From NCBI GenBank assembly GCA_022842445.1, contig JALHPO010000001.1, positions 144,482 through 208,481 of the forward strand: a stretch of 64,000 nt of DNA, written 5' to 3'. Positions 63,329-64,000 of this stretch are shown in pieces. The notes under the pieces were generated by a model. It saw nothing but the letters and a program-made list of their open reading frames with translations, made no database searches and was not told the origin of the DNA. Within the stretch, counting starts at the first letter, position 1, and each line of letters starts with the position of its first letter. Made by a program: the position numbers and the translations under genes. The stretch is from Nitrospira sp. Lineage in GTDB: Bacteria; Nitrospirota; Nitrospiria; Nitrospirales; Nitrospiraceae.

Positions 63329-64000
63329 ATGAAGGTTCTCATTGTGCTCACGTCTCATGACCAACTCGGCGATACCGGAAAGAAAACCGGCTTTTGGCTC
63401 GAAGAGTTCGCCGCTCCCTACTACGTTTTTAAGGATGCCGGAGCGTCGATCACGCTTGCTTCTCCAAAGGGCGGACAGCCGCCGCTCGATCCGAAAAGCG
63501 ACCTGCCCGAAAACCAAACCGATTTGACGAAGCGCTTCCGCACGGACCGCGCTGCGCAGGCTGAACTCGCCGGCACGAAGAGGCTTGCCGACATGTCCGC
63601 CGACGACTTCGACGCAGTCTTCTATCCCGGCGGCCATGGCCCGATGTGGGACATGCCCGACAACAAGACATCCATCGCGTTGATCGAAGCCTTTGTGAAA
63701 GCCGACAAGCCGGTCGGCGCGGTATGTCACGCGCCGGCTGCGTTCATCAACGTGCGCGGAAAGGACGGCGACTATCTGGTCAAGGGCAAGCGCGTAACGG
63801 GGTTCACCAATACGGAAGAGGCCGCCGTGGGTTTAGACCATGTCGTGCCCTTTCTGTTGGAGGACCGGCTCAAAGATAGAGGCGGCCGTTACAGTAAGGC
63901 CGCCGACTGGGCCCCCTATGTGGTGATTGATGGCCTGTTGGTGACCGGTCAGAACCCGGCCTCTTCGGGCCCCGGAGCCAAAGCGTTGCTGAAGTTGCTC
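63329..64000 (+). CDS. DJ-1/PfpI (type 1 glutamine amidotransferase-like) protein, 3' end outside the window
   Basis: Not in the ORF track (no stop in window). My translation is MKVLIVLTSHDQLGDTGKKTGFWLEEFAAPYYVFKDAGASITLASPKGGQPPLDP...FYPGGHGPMWD...PVGAVCHAPAAF (nucleophile-elbow Cys-His). AAGGAG RBS. Confidence 0.8.
   Translation, partial: MKVLIVLTSHDQLGDTGKKTGFWLEEFAAPYYVFKDAGASITLASPKGGQPPLDPKSDLPENQTDLTKRFRTDRAAQAELAGTKRLADMSADDFDAVFYPGGHGPMWDMPDNKTSIALIEAFVKADKPVGAVCHAPAAFINVRGKDGDYLVKGKRVTGFTNTEEAAVGLDHVVPFLLEDRLKDRGGRYSKAADWAPYVVIDGLLVTGQNPASSGPGAKALLKLL

Overview
High-GC bacterial chromosome segment. The gene content looks Nitrospirota/Nitrospira-like to me, but that is recollection and unverified. 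It has three parts. (1) 1-24,059 is ordinary core: radA, aldo/keto reductase, PilZ, an Rh-type ammonium channel, CBS protein, GT2, HD-GYP, B12-radical-SAM, vapBC, porin, peroxiredoxin, DUF748 protein, a MotA/MotB-like pair and hflX. (2) About 24,060-55,007 is a roughly 31 kb accessory region built around a single tRNA-Arg(TCT) at 30,438-30,514. Island A (24,078-30,437) lies on the 3' side. It is AT-richer by eye, has no integrase, and is bounded by an 18-bp copy of the tRNA 3' end. It carries a SIR2-like gene, a 197-aa unknown and a 1,096-aa SF2 helicase with an Mrr-like C-terminal motif. Island B (30,515-54,968) lies on the 5' side and is bounded by a 39-bp copy of the tRNA 5' half. It carries a tyrosine integrase, an excisionase-like HTH, radC, a complete-looking filamentous (inovirus-like) prophage module, an orphan 665-aa P-loop ATPase with Zn-ribbon and wHTH, a type I R-M operon with two embedded accessory genes (a TIGR02391/HEPN-like protein and an AlbA_2-HATPase protein), a membrane-protein plus HEPN-like two-gene cassette, and a PilZ gene flanked by 27-bp direct repeats. 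(3) 55,008-64,000 is a redox/aldehyde-detoxification neighbourhood (fdhA-like dehydrogenase, peroxiredoxin, LLM oxidoreductase, DsbA, ABM monooxygenase, quinone oxidoreductase, AKR, DJ-1/PfpI) with several gene fragments and a mosaic segmental duplication. The best candidates for an undescribed system are the SIR2 / unknown / helicase-nuclease island, the orphan ATPase upstream of the R-M operon, and the membrane + HEPN cassette. All domain calls come from motifs read by eye in the supplied translations. No database search or computation was run.
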